Shown: positions 1 through 10,471 of the stretch, in pieces
Numbering within the stretch: position 1 is the stretch's first letter
Layout of the letters: the number at the start of each line of letters is the position of its first letter
Assembly: GCA_029938555.1 (NCBI GenBank)
Contig: JAOZUR010000010.1
Location: 1 to 62,277 of the forward strand
Source: Candidatus Sabulitectum sp.
GTDB taxonomy: Bacteria > Fermentibacterota > Fermentibacteria > Fermentibacterales > JCC-6
Length of the DNA: 62,277 nt
Reading direction: 5' to 3'
Translations under genes and position numbers: made by a program
The notes under the pieces: model-generated
Database searches by the model: none
Seen by the model: the letters and a program-made list of their open reading frames with translations, nothing else
Told to the model about the DNA's origin: nothing

Positions 1-910
1 CTTCCGCAATTTTTCTACCCATAATTTTCTTCTGAAGACCATTTACTTTCGTAACTGCTTCAAGAATGTCGAGATGATAACCAAACTTGTCTGAAGTGTG
101 TCTCAGGGCTCTTACATCTTTGGGGAAACAACTACCACCGAACCCTACACCAGGGAAAATAAAGTGAGGTCCAATTCTAGTATCACTTCCAATGCCTTTG
201 CGAATGTCTTTAATATCTGCACCTACCACATCACACAAGTTTGCTATTTCATTCATGAAACTGATTTTTGTGGCAAGAAGGCTATTTGCAACATACTTGG
301 TAAGTTCAGCAGATTTGTTGCTCATGATGTATATAGGGTTGTTTGTCCGCACAAATGGAGAATAAAGTTCACGCATTACCTCAGCCACATCTTCACTATC
401 AGTTCCAACAACAACTCTGTCAGGTTTCATAAAGTCATCAATTGCAGCGCCCTCTTTTAAAAACTCAGGGTTACTGACAATATCAACTCTAAAATCAGTG
501 TATTTTTGTACTTCTGTTTTCACCTGTTCTGACGTGCCCACAGGAACAGTGCTTTTATTGATAACAATTTTACGATCATTCATGGCTTTGCCAATATCAG
601 CAGCAACAGAAAGAACATGTTGCAGATCTGCACTGCCATCCTCACCAGGAGGGGTACCAACAGCAATGAAAATAATACTGCTCTGCTTAACTGCTATGGC
701 TGTATCTGTAGAGAAAGAAAGCCTTTGTTCTTTCACATTTCTATCGATAAGAACATCAAGACCAGGTTCATAAATTGGTAATTTGCCTTTTTTTAAACCT
801 TCGATTTTTTTCTGGTCATTATCAACACAAACAATTGTATTTCCCATTTCAGCAAGACATGCTGCTGCTACCAGTCCAACATACCCGCTTCCAACAACTG
901 CTATTTTCAT
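1..910 (-). CDS. ugd: UDP-glucose/GDP-mannose dehydrogenase family protein (3' end runs off window)
   Basis: Hand translation from ATG at 910: MKIAVVGSGYVGLV (Rossmann), IFIAVGTP, KSTVPVGT, SNPEFLKEG, catalytic GFGGSCFPKD; GGAG upstream. Absent from the ORF track because it is open-ended. Confidence 0.95.
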   Translation of the reverse strand, partial: MKIAVVGSGYVGLVAAACLAEMGNTIVCVDNDQKKIEGLKKGKLPIYEPGLDVLIDRNVKEQRLSFSTDTAIAVKQSSIIFIAVGTPPGEDGSADLQHVLSVAADIGKAMNDRKIVINKSTVPVGTSEQVKTEVQKYTDFRVDIVSNPEFLKEGAAIDDFMKPDRVVVGTDSEDVAEVMRELYSPFVRTNNPIYIMSNKSAELTKYVANSLLATKISFMNEIANLCDVVGADIKDIRKGIGSDTRIGPHFIFPGVGFGGSCFPKDVRALRHTSDKFGYHLDILEAVTKVNGLQKKIMGRKIAE

Positions 911-1022
911 CAAAAATCTCCTCTATATAAGGGAAAATGATACTATAATACGCTATTTTTTATATTACTTGAACGGTGAGAATATGAAATATTTGTCTCT
1001 TTGTAAAGTATCAGTATCAATG

Positions 1023-2903
1023 TTATATAAGAAATCTGCTTTCACCTTCTCTTCTTGTGATATTTTGTTTGTCCAAAACCTCCGCCCACATAAGAGTAAT
1101 TTTCCTTGATACACCCAATGATTCACGCAGTTCTCCTAGTCGAAATTTATTATTTCCAAAATGTTCATGAATAACTTTTGTTACATTTTTAACCGAATCA
1201 CAGGTAGATATCAAGTTTTCTGTCAAATAAAACAACATATTTCTTTGAATAAGTGCTTCAATATCTTCCATTCTTCTACCTTGTGCCGGTATTTTATAAC
1301 CTTGCAAACCGGCCTTCCTAACATCAGAAAGAATAAATTCAGCAAGTTTTGCAACATCTCCAACCATCTGCTCTGGGAAATCACTTAAACAAAGAAAATC
1401 CCCTCTTTTTTCAACTTTTCCTGCTTGATATAATCTGGCAAGAGAAAATCGAACAGTCCACACAGCTGTATCAGCGGGCAATTTTCTTGCAAGATATGCC
1501 GATGGAAGCCCGGGGCTCAAAGGTACATTCCGATGGATTGTACCAATACTTCCCAAAATTTTTCGCTCAATAGTCAGCACCTGAGCGGTAATAATCAATC
1601 TTTGGTTTTTACCTTCACCAGAAACTAAGATTCTTTCCTGTTTTACAAGCGAATCCACAGCTTTTTCAAGCTCCACAGGTTCAGCACCTGTCTTTTTAAT
1701 AAAAACATCTGCTTCTACAAAAAAACCAGCAGCTTCCTCCATAGTTTCAAACAAAAGATCCTCTAGATCTCCGTGTGAAAGAAGATCTAGATGTGATAAT
1801 CTTGCCTGTCTAAATCTAGATCTTACTTTCTGGGTACCGGTATCAAGAATAATTCCCCCACCTATGGTTTCCACAGGGCTATATCTTCTAATAACAAATC
1901 TATCACCAGGCATGGCAACAACAGGGTGTTCCAGCTGAAAATGAACATAACCGGTCTCTCCACGAGGCAAGGTTTTTCCCTCTACTGGAATTGCTCTTGC
2001 CATTACCTCGGAAGTTCCAACATGAAACCTGACTCTTTGCCGCAAAATTAGGTCAACATTTCTTTGGAGCATTGTACAAGAAGTGTCAAGGCTGTTAAGG
2101 CTTTTCAAAAAACCGATTTCACCAACAACACTTCCACGATGTACATCCTGTTTACTCACTCCTGTTAAGTTAAGTGCAATCCTATCTCCAGCTTCACCTT
2201 TAGTTGCATGTCTATGCTCGTTCACACCCATTTCTCTTATTCGAAATGTTTTTCCTACAGGCTGAATTTCAACTGTATCTCCTGCATTTACTTGCCCAGA
2301 AAGACCTGTTCCACAAACAATGGTTCCAAATCCTTTTAATGAAAAGATTCTATCAACAGGCATTCTAAATCTTCCCTGTGAGCTTTTCCTTTCCACTGAA
2401 GCAGCCATGTCTAAAAGAGCAGTTTTTAATGAATCAAGACCAAACCCTGTTTTAGCAGAAACGCGAAAGATAGGCGCATTTTCAGCAGGTGTATTTTCTA
2501 AAGCCTCTCTAACCTCTTCCTCTGCCAGTTCAATCAAATCATCATCAACAAGGTCACACTTAGACAATGCAACAATTCCCCTGTTTACTTCCAGAATTCT
2601 CAGAATATCAAGATGTTCCCGTGTTTGTGGCATAACACCTTCATCTGCCGAAACCACTAGAAGAAAACTATCAACAGTGGAAACCCCGGCAACCATGGTT
2701 TTTATAAATTTCTCATGGCCAGGTACATCAATAAATGAAACTGTACTGCCATCTTCCATATCAAGGAAAACATAACCTAGTTCAATTGTAATTCCCCTGG
2801 CTTTTTCTTCTTTAAGCCTGTCAGGGTCAACTCCAGTAAGAGCCAACATAAGACTGCTTTTTCCATGATCAATATGGCCGGCTGTTCCAATTATTACCCC
2901 CAT
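1023..2903 (-). CDS. selB: Selenocysteine-specific translation elongation factor SelB
   Basis: GTAGHIDHGKS, EEKARGITIELG, DVPGHEKFIKTM; C-terminal winged-helix LGVSRK...TRREGESR; overlaps selA. Confidence 0.96.
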   Translation of the reverse strand: MGVIIGTAGHIDHGKSSLMLALTGVDPDRLKEEKARGITIELGYVFLDMEDGSTVSFIDVPGHEKFIKTMVAGVSTVDSFLLVVSADEGVMPQTREHLDILRILEVNRGIVALSKCDLVDDDLIELAEEEVREALENTPAENAPIFRVSAKTGFGLDSLKTALLDMAASVERKSSQGRFRMPVDRIFSLKGFGTIVCGTGLSGQVNAGDTVEIQPVGKTFRIREMGVNEHRHATKGEAGDRIALNLTGVSKQDVHRGSVVGEIGFLKSLNSLDTSCTMLQRNVDLILRQRVRFHVGTSEVMARAIPVEGKTLPRGETGYVHFQLEHPVVAMPGDRFVIRRYSPVETIGGGIILDTGTQKVRSRFRQARLSHLDLLSHGDLEDLLFETMEEAAGFFVEADVFIKKTGAEPVELEKAVDSLVKQERILVSGEGKNQRLIITAQVLTIERKILGSIGTIHRNVPLSPGLPSAYLARKLPADTAVWTVRFSLARLYQAGKVEKRGDFLCLSDFPEQMVGDVAKLAEFILSDVRKAGLQGYKIPAQGRRMEDIEALIQRNMLFYLTENLISTCDSVKNVTKVIHEHFGNNKFRLGELRESLGVSRKITLMWAEVLDKQNITRREGESRFLI

Positions 2904-4276
2904 AATTCATTCAACCTTAGATTAATAAGTGAGGCAAGTTCTATATCCTGTTTTTCAGTCACTGCTCTCAGGTCAAACTTTATTTTTCCATCATCTATTC
3001 GAGCTGCCACTGCAGGACTAGAAAGCCGAAGTTTTTTTAACAGTAACTGAGCATCCGGGCAATCAAGTGATAATCCAGCAGATGGTATTGCATAATCCGG
3101 AAGACTGCCACTTCCAACATAACTGTTCATTTCCTCCACACTAACAATACATTCTGAAGGAAGATGAATAGAATTAACCACAACTTGAGCTCTTTCCTTC
3201 AATTCTTCAGGTTTTCGTGAAAAAGAGTGATACACCGGATGGTTAGCTGCTATGAATTCATCGTCTTCCAAAAATACCCTAAGAGAAGCTTCAATTGCTG
3301 CTATAGTTAATTTACCAACCCGGAGAGCTCTTGCAAGAGGATGTTTTTTTATTTTTCCAAGATATTGTTTTTTACCAAGAATAACACCAGCTTGAGGGCC
3401 TCCAATAAGCTTATCTCCAGAGCATGTTACCACATCAGCCCCAGCTTCAATACTATGAATAATTGTTGGCTCTGATGGTATCCCAAATCGGCTAAGAGGA
3501 ACCAGACTTCCAGCTCCAAGATCATCAATAACAGGAATTCCCCGTTCACGACCCAGTTTAACAAGATCTTCTAAAGGAACTTCACTGGTAAACCCTTTAA
3601 TCAGATAATTTGAAGGATGGACACGAAGAATTGCAGCGGTTTTTTCGGTGATAGCATTTTCATAATCCCTAAGATGTGTTCTGTTAGTACAGCCAACCTC
3701 CACCATAATACATCCACTCTGTTTCATAACATCGGGAATTCTAAAAGCACCACCTATCTCAACAAGCTGCCCGCGGGACACAATAACTTCCTTTCCCGCT
3801 GCCATGGCAGAAAGAACCAGAAGAGTTGCACCTGCATTATTGTTAGCAAGAGTTGCAGCCTCAGCACCGGTAAGCTCAGTTATCAAATTTTCAATGTGGT
3901 CGTCCCGGTTTCCTCTTTTTCCAGTTTCCCTGTTCCACTGAAGAACAGAGTATCCCATTGCAACTCTTGTTACGGCTTCAACTGCTGCCGGTGGTAAACT
4001 GGCCCGTCCAATTGCAGTATGAAGAACAATACCTGTTGCATTAATTACCTGCTCCATGGTTGGTTTTGTTTGAGTTTTGCCCAGATGAATACACTTTGCC
4101 ACCACTGAATCAATGGAAGGAAGCTCTCCACCTTCCATTACACATTTTCTTGCCCAGAAAATCCCTAAACGGGTTGCTTCCTTGATTTCGGAAGGAGTGA
4201 GCTTGGGTAGTTTTGCTGTTAGCTTCGGTATGATTTCATGAACAGCAGGCAAATTCTTCAATAATTCCATTTCCAT
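2894..4276 (-). CDS. selA: L-seryl-tRNA(Sec) selenium transferase SelA
   Basis: VINATGIVLHTAIGRA, NNNAGA, VSRGQLVEIGGAFRIPD, EVGCTNRTH, PLP-lysine SGDKLIGGPQAG. Confidence 0.97.
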   Translation of the reverse strand: MEMELLKNLPAVHEIIPKLTAKLPKLTPSEIKEATRLGIFWARKCVMEGGELPSIDSVVAKCIHLGKTQTKPTMEQVINATGIVLHTAIGRASLPPAAVEAVTRVAMGYSVLQWNRETGKRGNRDDHIENLITELTGAEAATLANNNAGATLLVLSAMAAGKEVIVSRGQLVEIGGAFRIPDVMKQSGCIMVEVGCTNRTHLRDYENAITEKTAAILRVHPSNYLIKGFTSEVPLEDLVKLGRERGIPVIDDLGAGSLVPLSRFGIPSEPTIIHSIEAGADVVTCSGDKLIGGPQAGVILGKKQYLGKIKKHPLARALRVGKLTIAAIEASLRVFLEDDEFIAANHPVYHSFSRKPEELKERAQVVVNSIHLPSECIVSVEEMNSYVGSGSLPDYAIPSAGLSLDCPDAQLLLKKLRLSSPAVAARIDDGKIKFDLRAVTEKQDIELASLINLRLNELWG

Positions 4277-4383
4277 TATATCTCCCGCACAAAAGAGTTT
4301 TATAAATATTTCAACTATGAAGAATAGAACGATCAGGAACTTTGGGCAAGGCTTATGTTATATTTCAGAAGAAAGGTGGTATT

Positions 4384-5181
4384 ATGAAGCTTAAAAATTT
4401 CTTTTGGAATGTGATAACTTCCGGACAATCTGATATGGTAGATATTGATATTCTAAGAAAAACAGTGCTTCTTAACGCCCTTGTTCTTCCAGGATTAATC
4501 AGTTTATTTTTTCTTGGTATTTTTGCATTTATAGAAGGAAACAATTTTATTGTAATTCTGAACTCTGTAATGCTTATTGTGTTTACATCTGTTTTCTTCT
4601 ATCTCAGAATTTCAAAAGACGTTACAAAAGCCTCTACTGTCGGTGTCTGGATCTGTTTTTTCTTTTTCCTTTTTCTGGCTGACCGAGGAGGTACACAGAA
4701 CACAGCTATTTTATGGATACTTATATTCCCTGTGATATCCATCTTCTTTCTAGGCACAAAAAAAGGTAGTTTCCTCTCAATTCTTCTTGCTCTTGGGGTG
4801 GTGTTAGTCTTTGCCTTCGGAAACACAACACTTGTAACAAGCAGTTACTCCACAGCATTTCAAGTTAGAATCATGGCTGTTTACACAATAATAGCAACTC
4901 TTGCTGTTATATCAGAAGAACTTAGGCGAAGAATCTATGAACAGCTTTCCCAATCAAATCTTGATAAAAAAGAAGCCATTGATAAACTTAACAAATCCAT
5001 TAAAGAAATAAAAACGCTACAAGATATACTTCCCATCTGTATGCACTGTAAAAACATCAGAGATGATGACGGTTACTGGTTTGCAGTAGAAAAATACTTA
5101 ACTGAGCGAACAGAAGTTCAACTCAGCCACGCACTGTGCCCATCGTGCGCAAAAGAACATTACTCTAAGTATCTTAAATAA
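4384..5181 (+). CDS. Multi-pass membrane protein with a C-terminal Cys/His putative Zn-binding domain
   Basis: About 6 hydrophobic segments, a coiled region, then LPICMHCKNIRDDDGYW...SHALCPSC. ATG at 4384 follows AAAGGTGG. Confidence 0.75.
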   Translation: MKLKNFFWNVITSGQSDMVDIDILRKTVLLNALVLPGLISLFFLGIFAFIEGNNFIVILNSVMLIVFTSVFFYLRISKDVTKASTVGVWICFFFFLFLADRGGTQNTAILWILIFPVISIFFLGTKKGSFLSILLALGVVLVFAFGNTTLVTSSYSTAFQVRIMAVYTIIATLAVISEELRRRIYEQLSQSNLDKKEAIDKLNKSIKEIKTLQDILPICMHCKNIRDDDGYWFAVEKYLTERTEVQLSHALCPSCAKEHYSKYLK

Positions 5182-5188
5182 CCAACTG

Positions 5189-7390
5189 TCAACGAATCAC
5201 CGCAACCCTGACTGAAGCCATACTGTTTTCCGTTTTTACTGTTATAAAATAAACTCCAGATGGAATCACACTAAAAGGTTGTATAGAGTAAGTTGATCCT
5301 GTGTATACTTCCTCTTGCATAGATACAACTCTTCCTGCCATATCAAGCATCTGAAGAGCAAATTTAGTCTCACTACTGATTCCACTGATATTTACACTGA
5401 AATTAGACCTTGTAAATGGATTCTGAACCTGAAGAGAAATATTATCTTCAACCACTTGGTGGCCACTTTCATTTTCTATACCCATTGGAACAATGGAAAT
5501 CAATACGGAATGATCGCCATAAGAAACTTCAGGAGCAATAGCAAATAATCGCCCATTATCACGAAGCTCCCAGGTTATGGGAGAACCATTAAGAGTCACA
5601 GAGTTTACCACATCGTCAGGATGTAAAGCAGCGCAGAAAGTAAGCCCTTCGGGAATACTTCCAGTGAGTTTCAATTCTAAATAAGCTCCACTACCGTCAA
5701 TGGAATTCACCCTGATGTTAAAGCAGTCTTCAAGAAAATCACCATACTCTTCTGGAAACAACCAGAGGAAGTTTTCATAATCTTCTTCCATTGAAGTGGT
5801 AACACTATCGATTCTAGCATAAGCAACAGGATCCCAATCCCCACCCCATACAGCTAACATATTGTACGGATGGCAACCTAAAAGACCAAATTTACCTTTT
5901 TCCATTACTTCTGCAAGATAAATCATTGGCTGTTGTGTCCAGTAATCTCCCCACCAGACAGTATTCGAACCCCAAATTCTACCATTAGTGGTCTGAAATC
6001 TGTTAATCCACTGATTTCGGAATTGTTTACCACCATAGGAATCAGTTAATCGCCAACCGTTGCAGAAAAAAGTAAACCCGTGGTCGATTATGGCCTGTAA
6101 ACCACTTAATGAAGTTCTGTGCCCTGAAAAACGAATTATTTTTACCATGTTGGTATCAAGACCGCAGTCATTTAAATCCTGAAAATTCATTCTGAATCTT
6201 TCCTGATGTTCCTCAGGCTCATACGTAATAAACTCATGAAACTCACCAAAGGAGGAATCTGGATTAGGTGTATGGTGATAACCATGGCTTCCCATTTGAA
6301 CCCTGTCTGCCCATGAGTAAGTATTGTTCTGAATATTCAACAACCATTGAAGGAATTCAGGAGGGGCTTCTGTGGAAAATCGCCAGGTTCCATGCCAGTG
6401 AGTCCAGCTGTCTTCATACCCAGGTTCAAACCAGACAGAATCTCTGTTAGGAGTAAGAATTCCATCAGGAAGAAGAAGCCAATTCATTTTCATGGTTGGA
6501 TGATTCTGCAGAAGAGAGATAAGAGCAGCACTGGTTCCCTCTTCCCCAAGTGAGTCTTCAGAGATCCCCCACATATAACCATGCTCAGGGTGAAGAAATG
6601 CAAGTTCATCCATTATCCATGCAGAAGAGCGTTCTGCCCCTTCAGGGTGCCCGCTGATGAAAACAGGAGCAAAATACTCATCCATTGAAAAGCGAATGAA
6701 ATACTCATCAACCTGACCGGCTGGAATTATGGAATGCAAAACAGGGCCCTGGCAATTCTCTCTGGGCTCTTCTGTATCAAGAACAACAACCGACATGTAT
6801 GAATTGGTAACACTATAATCATTCACTACAGCGATTCCCTTAGAAATATTAGGAAAAACAAACAAAGCTTCAGGATTACTGCCACTGGTGAGTTTAAACA
6901 ATTGATCACCTGAAAAACGCTGATAACCTGTTGTTCCATCAAGCGCAAATTCTTCATCTACAGTGGTCTGATTGGATATCTTAATGTCATCCCATCCGGT
7001 TATGCAATAATCAATTTCCAATGGATCCCAAAATTCACAATCCTGCAAATACTCGAATCTATATTCCATCTCAAGCCCACGATTAACAACAGTGTAGATT
7101 ACTGTTAAATCTAACGGAAAAGAAGTTGAACCGTCAGTAAAATGATCAGTATGAAAAGTAAGAGTCGTATCATTTAAAACGGTAATAGTTCCATTTGCCG
7201 GTATGAACGAACCTGTATTAATTCCTGAAAATTGGAAAGAACCTGCCATTTGTGTTTCGGTATAATTGTCGTATAAGGAACTAATTGACCCTGCACGCAC
7301 TGTTTGAGTTTCATCTGTAACCCCAACAGAAATCCATTGATTTCCTATATAAAAAACAGTGCTCATCAGACTTATCAAAAGAATAGACAT
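5189..7390 (-). CDS. Secreted protein with a T9SS type A-like C-terminal domain and a possible polysaccharide deacetylase-like core
   Basis: C-terminus NPF...DMAGRVV...PSGVYFITV; central GSHGYHH motif; ATG at 7390 after AAGGAG. Confidence 0.7.
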   Translation of the reverse strand: MSILLISLMSTVFYIGNQWISVGVTDETQTVRAGSISSLYDNYTETQMAGSFQFSGINTGSFIPANGTITVLNDTTLTFHTDHFTDGSTSFPLDLTVIYTVVNRGLEMEYRFEYLQDCEFWDPLEIDYCITGWDDIKISNQTTVDEEFALDGTTGYQRFSGDQLFKLTSGSNPEALFVFPNISKGIAVVNDYSVTNSYMSVVVLDTEEPRENCQGPVLHSIIPAGQVDEYFIRFSMDEYFAPVFISGHPEGAERSSAWIMDELAFLHPEHGYMWGISEDSLGEEGTSAALISLLQNHPTMKMNWLLLPDGILTPNRDSVWFEPGYEDSWTHWHGTWRFSTEAPPEFLQWLLNIQNNTYSWADRVQMGSHGYHHTPNPDSSFGEFHEFITYEPEEHQERFRMNFQDLNDCGLDTNMVKIIRFSGHRTSLSGLQAIIDHGFTFFCNGWRLTDSYGGKQFRNQWINRFQTTNGRIWGSNTVWWGDYWTQQPMIYLAEVMEKGKFGLLGCHPYNMLAVWGGDWDPVAYARIDSVTTSMEEDYENFLWLFPEEYGDFLEDCFNIRVNSIDGSGAYLELKLTGSIPEGLTFCAALHPDDVVNSVTLNGSPITWELRDNGRLFAIAPEVSYGDHSVLISIVPMGIENESGHQVVEDNISLQVQNPFTRSNFSVNISGISSETKFALQMLDMAGRVVSMQEEVYTGSTYSIQPFSVIPSGVYFITVKTENSMASVRVAVIR

Positions 7391-7429
7391 TTGGTTCTCC
7401 TTTGCTGGTTGCAACTTTACTATAAGACA

Positions 7430-7458
7430 ATTATCAGTCTTTTGTAACTAAAAGTCAA
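7430..7458 (-). promoter_or_regulatory. Putative sigma-70 promoter for the 5189-7390 gene
   Basis: Minus strand TTGACT-17 nt-GATAAT. Confidence 0.5.
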
Positions 7459-7499
7459 TATCTTCCGATATATTAATAAAATACCAACAAAGTATACAA

Positions 7500-7531
7500 A
7501 TAAAGGGCCATCGCAATTGATGACCCTTTAT
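7500..7531 (-). terminator. Intrinsic terminator downstream of the rnf operon
   Basis: Inverted repeat ATAAAGGGCCATC-GCAATT-GATGACCCTTTAT about 20 nt past the rnfB stop, with T-rich flanks. Confidence 0.7.
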
Positions 7532-7551
7532 TATTCAAACATACACTCAAT

Positions 7552-8607
7552 CTACTGCTGCGAAAGAACACCACCCATCATTTTTATGGAATTTTTAGGG
7601 CATTTTTCCACACATTGACCGCAGCCAATACACTTGTCTGCAATTACCGTGTGTTTTTCTTTAACGGATCCTTCTATAGCATCAGTAGGGCAAACTCTTG
7701 TGCAAAGAGTACATCCAATACAGCTAGAATCTATAAAGGCTTTAGGGCGCACTGGGATGCCATCAATAATGGCACCTGTGGGACATTCCGAAGCACACAA
7801 TCCACAGTTAATACACTTGTCTGGATTGATTACAGCAAGGAATCCATCCATAACAATTGCATCCACCGGGCAGACCTTAACGCACTTACGGCATCCTATA
7901 CAAGCTACTGAACATGCTTTACGAGCAAATCCACCCTTATCCTTGCTTGAGCATGCAACTACAACTTTACGGCTTGCAGGCCATAAAATAATTATGTTTC
8001 TAGGGCAGGCTTCAATGCACTTACCGCAAGCAACACACTTTTCGGAGTCAATCAATGGTACACCATTATCACCCATAACCATTGCATCAAACGGGCAGAC
8101 TGCTATACAATCACCAGAACCCAAGCACCCATAGGTACAAACTTTCTGACCACCCATAACCATAGATTTAGAAACACAATCCGCTGGACCATTGTAGTTA
8201 AAGGCGTCAACAGCAGACTTACCCCCATTACAAAGAATAGAAGCAATCACCTTTTCTTTTTCCTCTGCTACAGTTCCCATGATTTTAGCTATTTGAGAAT
8301 TAACAGTAGAACTGGCTGCTGTACAACCAGACACAGGCGTATTGCCTTCGACCACTGCAATTGCGAAAGCTCCACAACCTGGATAACCGCAGCCACCACA
8401 GTTTGCACTGGGAAGAACATCAAGAATAGCTTCAACTCTGGGATCTTTAGGAACAGCAAACTTTTTTGCAGCAAAAGCAAGCCCCAGGCCAAGAAGAAGG
8501 CCGATTGAACCCATGACAAGAACAGGTCCTGTGATCGCTGAAAGAATTGAGGCGTCTTGTTGTTGCGCTATAAGTATAATCGATATTTGTGTAATAAGTA
8601 TTGTCAT
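7552..8607 (-). CDS. rnfB: Rnf complex subunit B (polyferredoxin type)
   Basis: N-terminal [16 protein letters not shown], six ferredoxin-type CxxCxxCxxxCP motifs (one variant). Confidence 0.93.
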   Translation of the reverse strand: MTILITQISIILIAQQQDASILSAITGPVLVMGSIGLLLGLGLAFAAKKFAVPKDPRVEAILDVLPSANCGGCGYPGCGAFAIAVVEGNTPVSGCTAASSTVNSQIAKIMGTVAEEKEKVIASILCNGGKSAVDAFNYNGPADCVSKSMVMGGQKVCTYGCLGSGDCIAVCPFDAMVMGDNGVPLIDSEKCVACGKCIEACPRNIIILWPASRKVVVACSSKDKGGFARKACSVACIGCRKCVKVCPVDAIVMDGFLAVINPDKCINCGLCASECPTGAIIDGIPVRPKAFIDSSCIGCTLCTRVCPTDAIEGSVKEKHTVIADKCIGCGQCVEKCPKNSIKMMGGVLSQQ

Positions 8608-8610
8608 TCT

Positions 8611-9255
8611 TTAGCCTCCAAGCCCGGCAAAACCAAGGAAAGCTATAGACATGGCTCCTGCAATAAGGAAAGCCAGAGGTAGACCTTTAAGCGCCTCTGG
8701 AACATTGGCAGTTTCCATTCTTTCCCGAAGACCAGCCATCAACACAAGAGCAAGTGTAAAACCAATTCCTGCTGCTACTGAGTTAATAAGCGAGTATCCA
8801 AGGCTAAACTTGTCGTCAATATTTAAAACAGCAACACCAAGAATAGCACAGTTAGTGGTAATCAATGGCAGAAAAATACCTAAAGCATCATAAAGCGCAG
8901 GACTGAACTTCTGTAGAATCATCTCTACAAGCTGAACCAAACTAGCAATTATGATAATGAAGGTAATAGTTCTAAGATATTCCAAACCATTTGGAACAAG
9001 CATTTTATGATAAACAAGCCATGAACCAAGAGTTGCAAGAACCATTACAAAAACCACAGCAGCACCCATGCCAACTGCACTATCAAGCTGCTTAGAAACA
9101 CCTAAAAAAGGGCAAATACCCAAAAAGCGGGAAAGTACATAGTTATTAATAAAAATAGCACTAACTATAATTGCCATCATCTTTGCAATACTGAATGATG
9201 GTTCACCACCTTCAGGAACTGCAAAGATTATAGACATCAACATTGAATTCATCAT
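8611..9255 (-). CDS. rnfA: Rnf complex subunit A
   Basis: NNYVLSRFLGICPFLGVS, LGIFLPLITTNCAILG. Confidence 0.95.
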   Translation of the reverse strand: MMNSMLMSIIFAVPEGGEPSFSIAKMMAIIVSAIFINNYVLSRFLGICPFLGVSKQLDSAVGMGAAVVFVMVLATLGSWLVYHKMLVPNGLEYLRTITFIIIIASLVQLVEMILQKFSPALYDALGIFLPLITTNCAILGVAVLNIDDKFSLGYSLINSVAAGIGFTLALVLMAGLRERMETANVPEALKGLPLAFLIAGAMSIAFLGFAGLGG

Positions 9256-9863
9256 TTAGCACCACCTTTTTTGCGCTTCTCCATTATGTTGAAGAAACCA
9301 AGTATGAATGCCATGAGTATGAATGCCCCTGGGGCAAGAATGGCAATAAGAAGAGGCTGATTCTGATAAGACTCTCCTAAAAGGTTGAATCCCAACCAGC
9401 TTCCATTACCTAGGATTTCTCTGAATGTTGCCATAACAACCATTGCAAGAGTAAATCCAAGGCCCATGCCAATTCCATCAACAATTGAAGGTAGAACCTT
9501 GTTCTTGTTCGCAAATCCTTCTGCCCGACCAAGTATGATACAGTTAACAACAATCAATGGAATAAAAATACCAAGACTGCTGTGCAATGCTGGCAGATAA
9601 GCATTCATAAGCAAATCAACCAGCGTAACAAATGTGGCAATAATTACTATGTAACTTGGAATTCTTACTTTTGCAGGAATCACTTTTCGGAACAACGACA
9701 CAAGAAAATTAGAAAAGACCAACACAAATGTAGCTGCAGCCCCCATTCCTAATGCGTTTTCCACGCTGGTAGTCACTGCAAGGAAAGGACACATGCCCAG
9801 TGCCTGTTTGAACACTGGATTCTCTTTAGTAATTCCTCTGGAAAAATCCTGTGATAAACTCAT
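9252..9863 (-). CDS. rnfE: Rnf complex subunit E
   Basis: ENPVFKQALGMCPFLAVT, LGIFIPLIVVNCIILGRAE. Confidence 0.95.
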   Translation of the reverse strand: MSLSQDFSRGITKENPVFKQALGMCPFLAVTTSVENALGMGAAATFVLVFSNFLVSLFRKVIPAKVRIPSYIVIIATFVTLVDLLMNAYLPALHSSLGIFIPLIVVNCIILGRAEGFANKNKVLPSIVDGIGMGLGFTLAMVVMATFREILGNGSWLGFNLLGESYQNQPLLIAILAPGAFILMAFILGFFNIMEKRKKGGAK

Positions 9864-10471
9864 TAAACACCTCCTGAAGCTGGAATCAAGCCAGCAGCAA
9901 TAAGAGCATCAAGTCCGTCTCTCACTGAGTTTGTAACCGCCCTAGAAGTAATTGTGCTTCCAGTAATAGCGTCAAGACCACTTTCCCCTCCACCGTCTTT
10001 TTTCAAAACAAGGGTGGATGCACTAAGCTGAGGGAACTGGTAAAGAAATTTAGCAGGATTAGAAAGATTAGCACCAAGACCAGGGGTTTCCTGCTGATAC
10101 AGAACTGTAGTACCTGTGATTATACCATCAGTTTTAACAGCAATCATGGTCTGAATAGTACTGGAATAACCCTTACCATAAGCAACAAATAAATAACCAA
10201 GTTCAAATCCTGTTGAATCAGTCACAGAAACAACAGAAAGAGTTTGATCAACTTCAAGATATGGGTTAGTTAACCCCTCTACTGATAAACTGTCGAAAAA
10301 CAATACGCCTGAGGCAAGTGAACCTGCAACATCAATCATTGCATCAATCTTAGCCTGAGCCTTCTGCTCTGTTATTATTGGCGCAGTAACCGAATTAACA
10401 AACCCTAGAGCCACTGCTGCTATAACTGCTACAAGCATAAGCATAAGACCAACTCTAAAAATCTCACCCAT
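9863..10471 (-). CDS. rnfG: Rnf complex subunit G
   Basis: N-terminal TM, ETPGLG, FMN-attachment-like DAITGSTITS. Confidence 0.92.
   Translation of the reverse strand: MGEIFRVGLMLMLVAVIAAVALGFVNSVTAPIITEQKAQAKIDAMIDVAGSLASGVLFFDSLSVEGLTNPYLEVDQTLSVVSVTDSTGFELGYLFVAYGKGYSSTIQTMIAVKTDGIITGTTVLYQQETPGLGANLSNPAKFLYQFPQLSASTLVLKKDGGGESGLDAITGSTITSRAVTNSVRDGLDALIAAGLIPASGGV

Noticed and set aside
98-1109. Plus-strand ORFs 98..460, 498..773 and 783..1109
   Set aside because: Antisense shadows of ugd (and the selB end), which has clear motifs on the minus strand.
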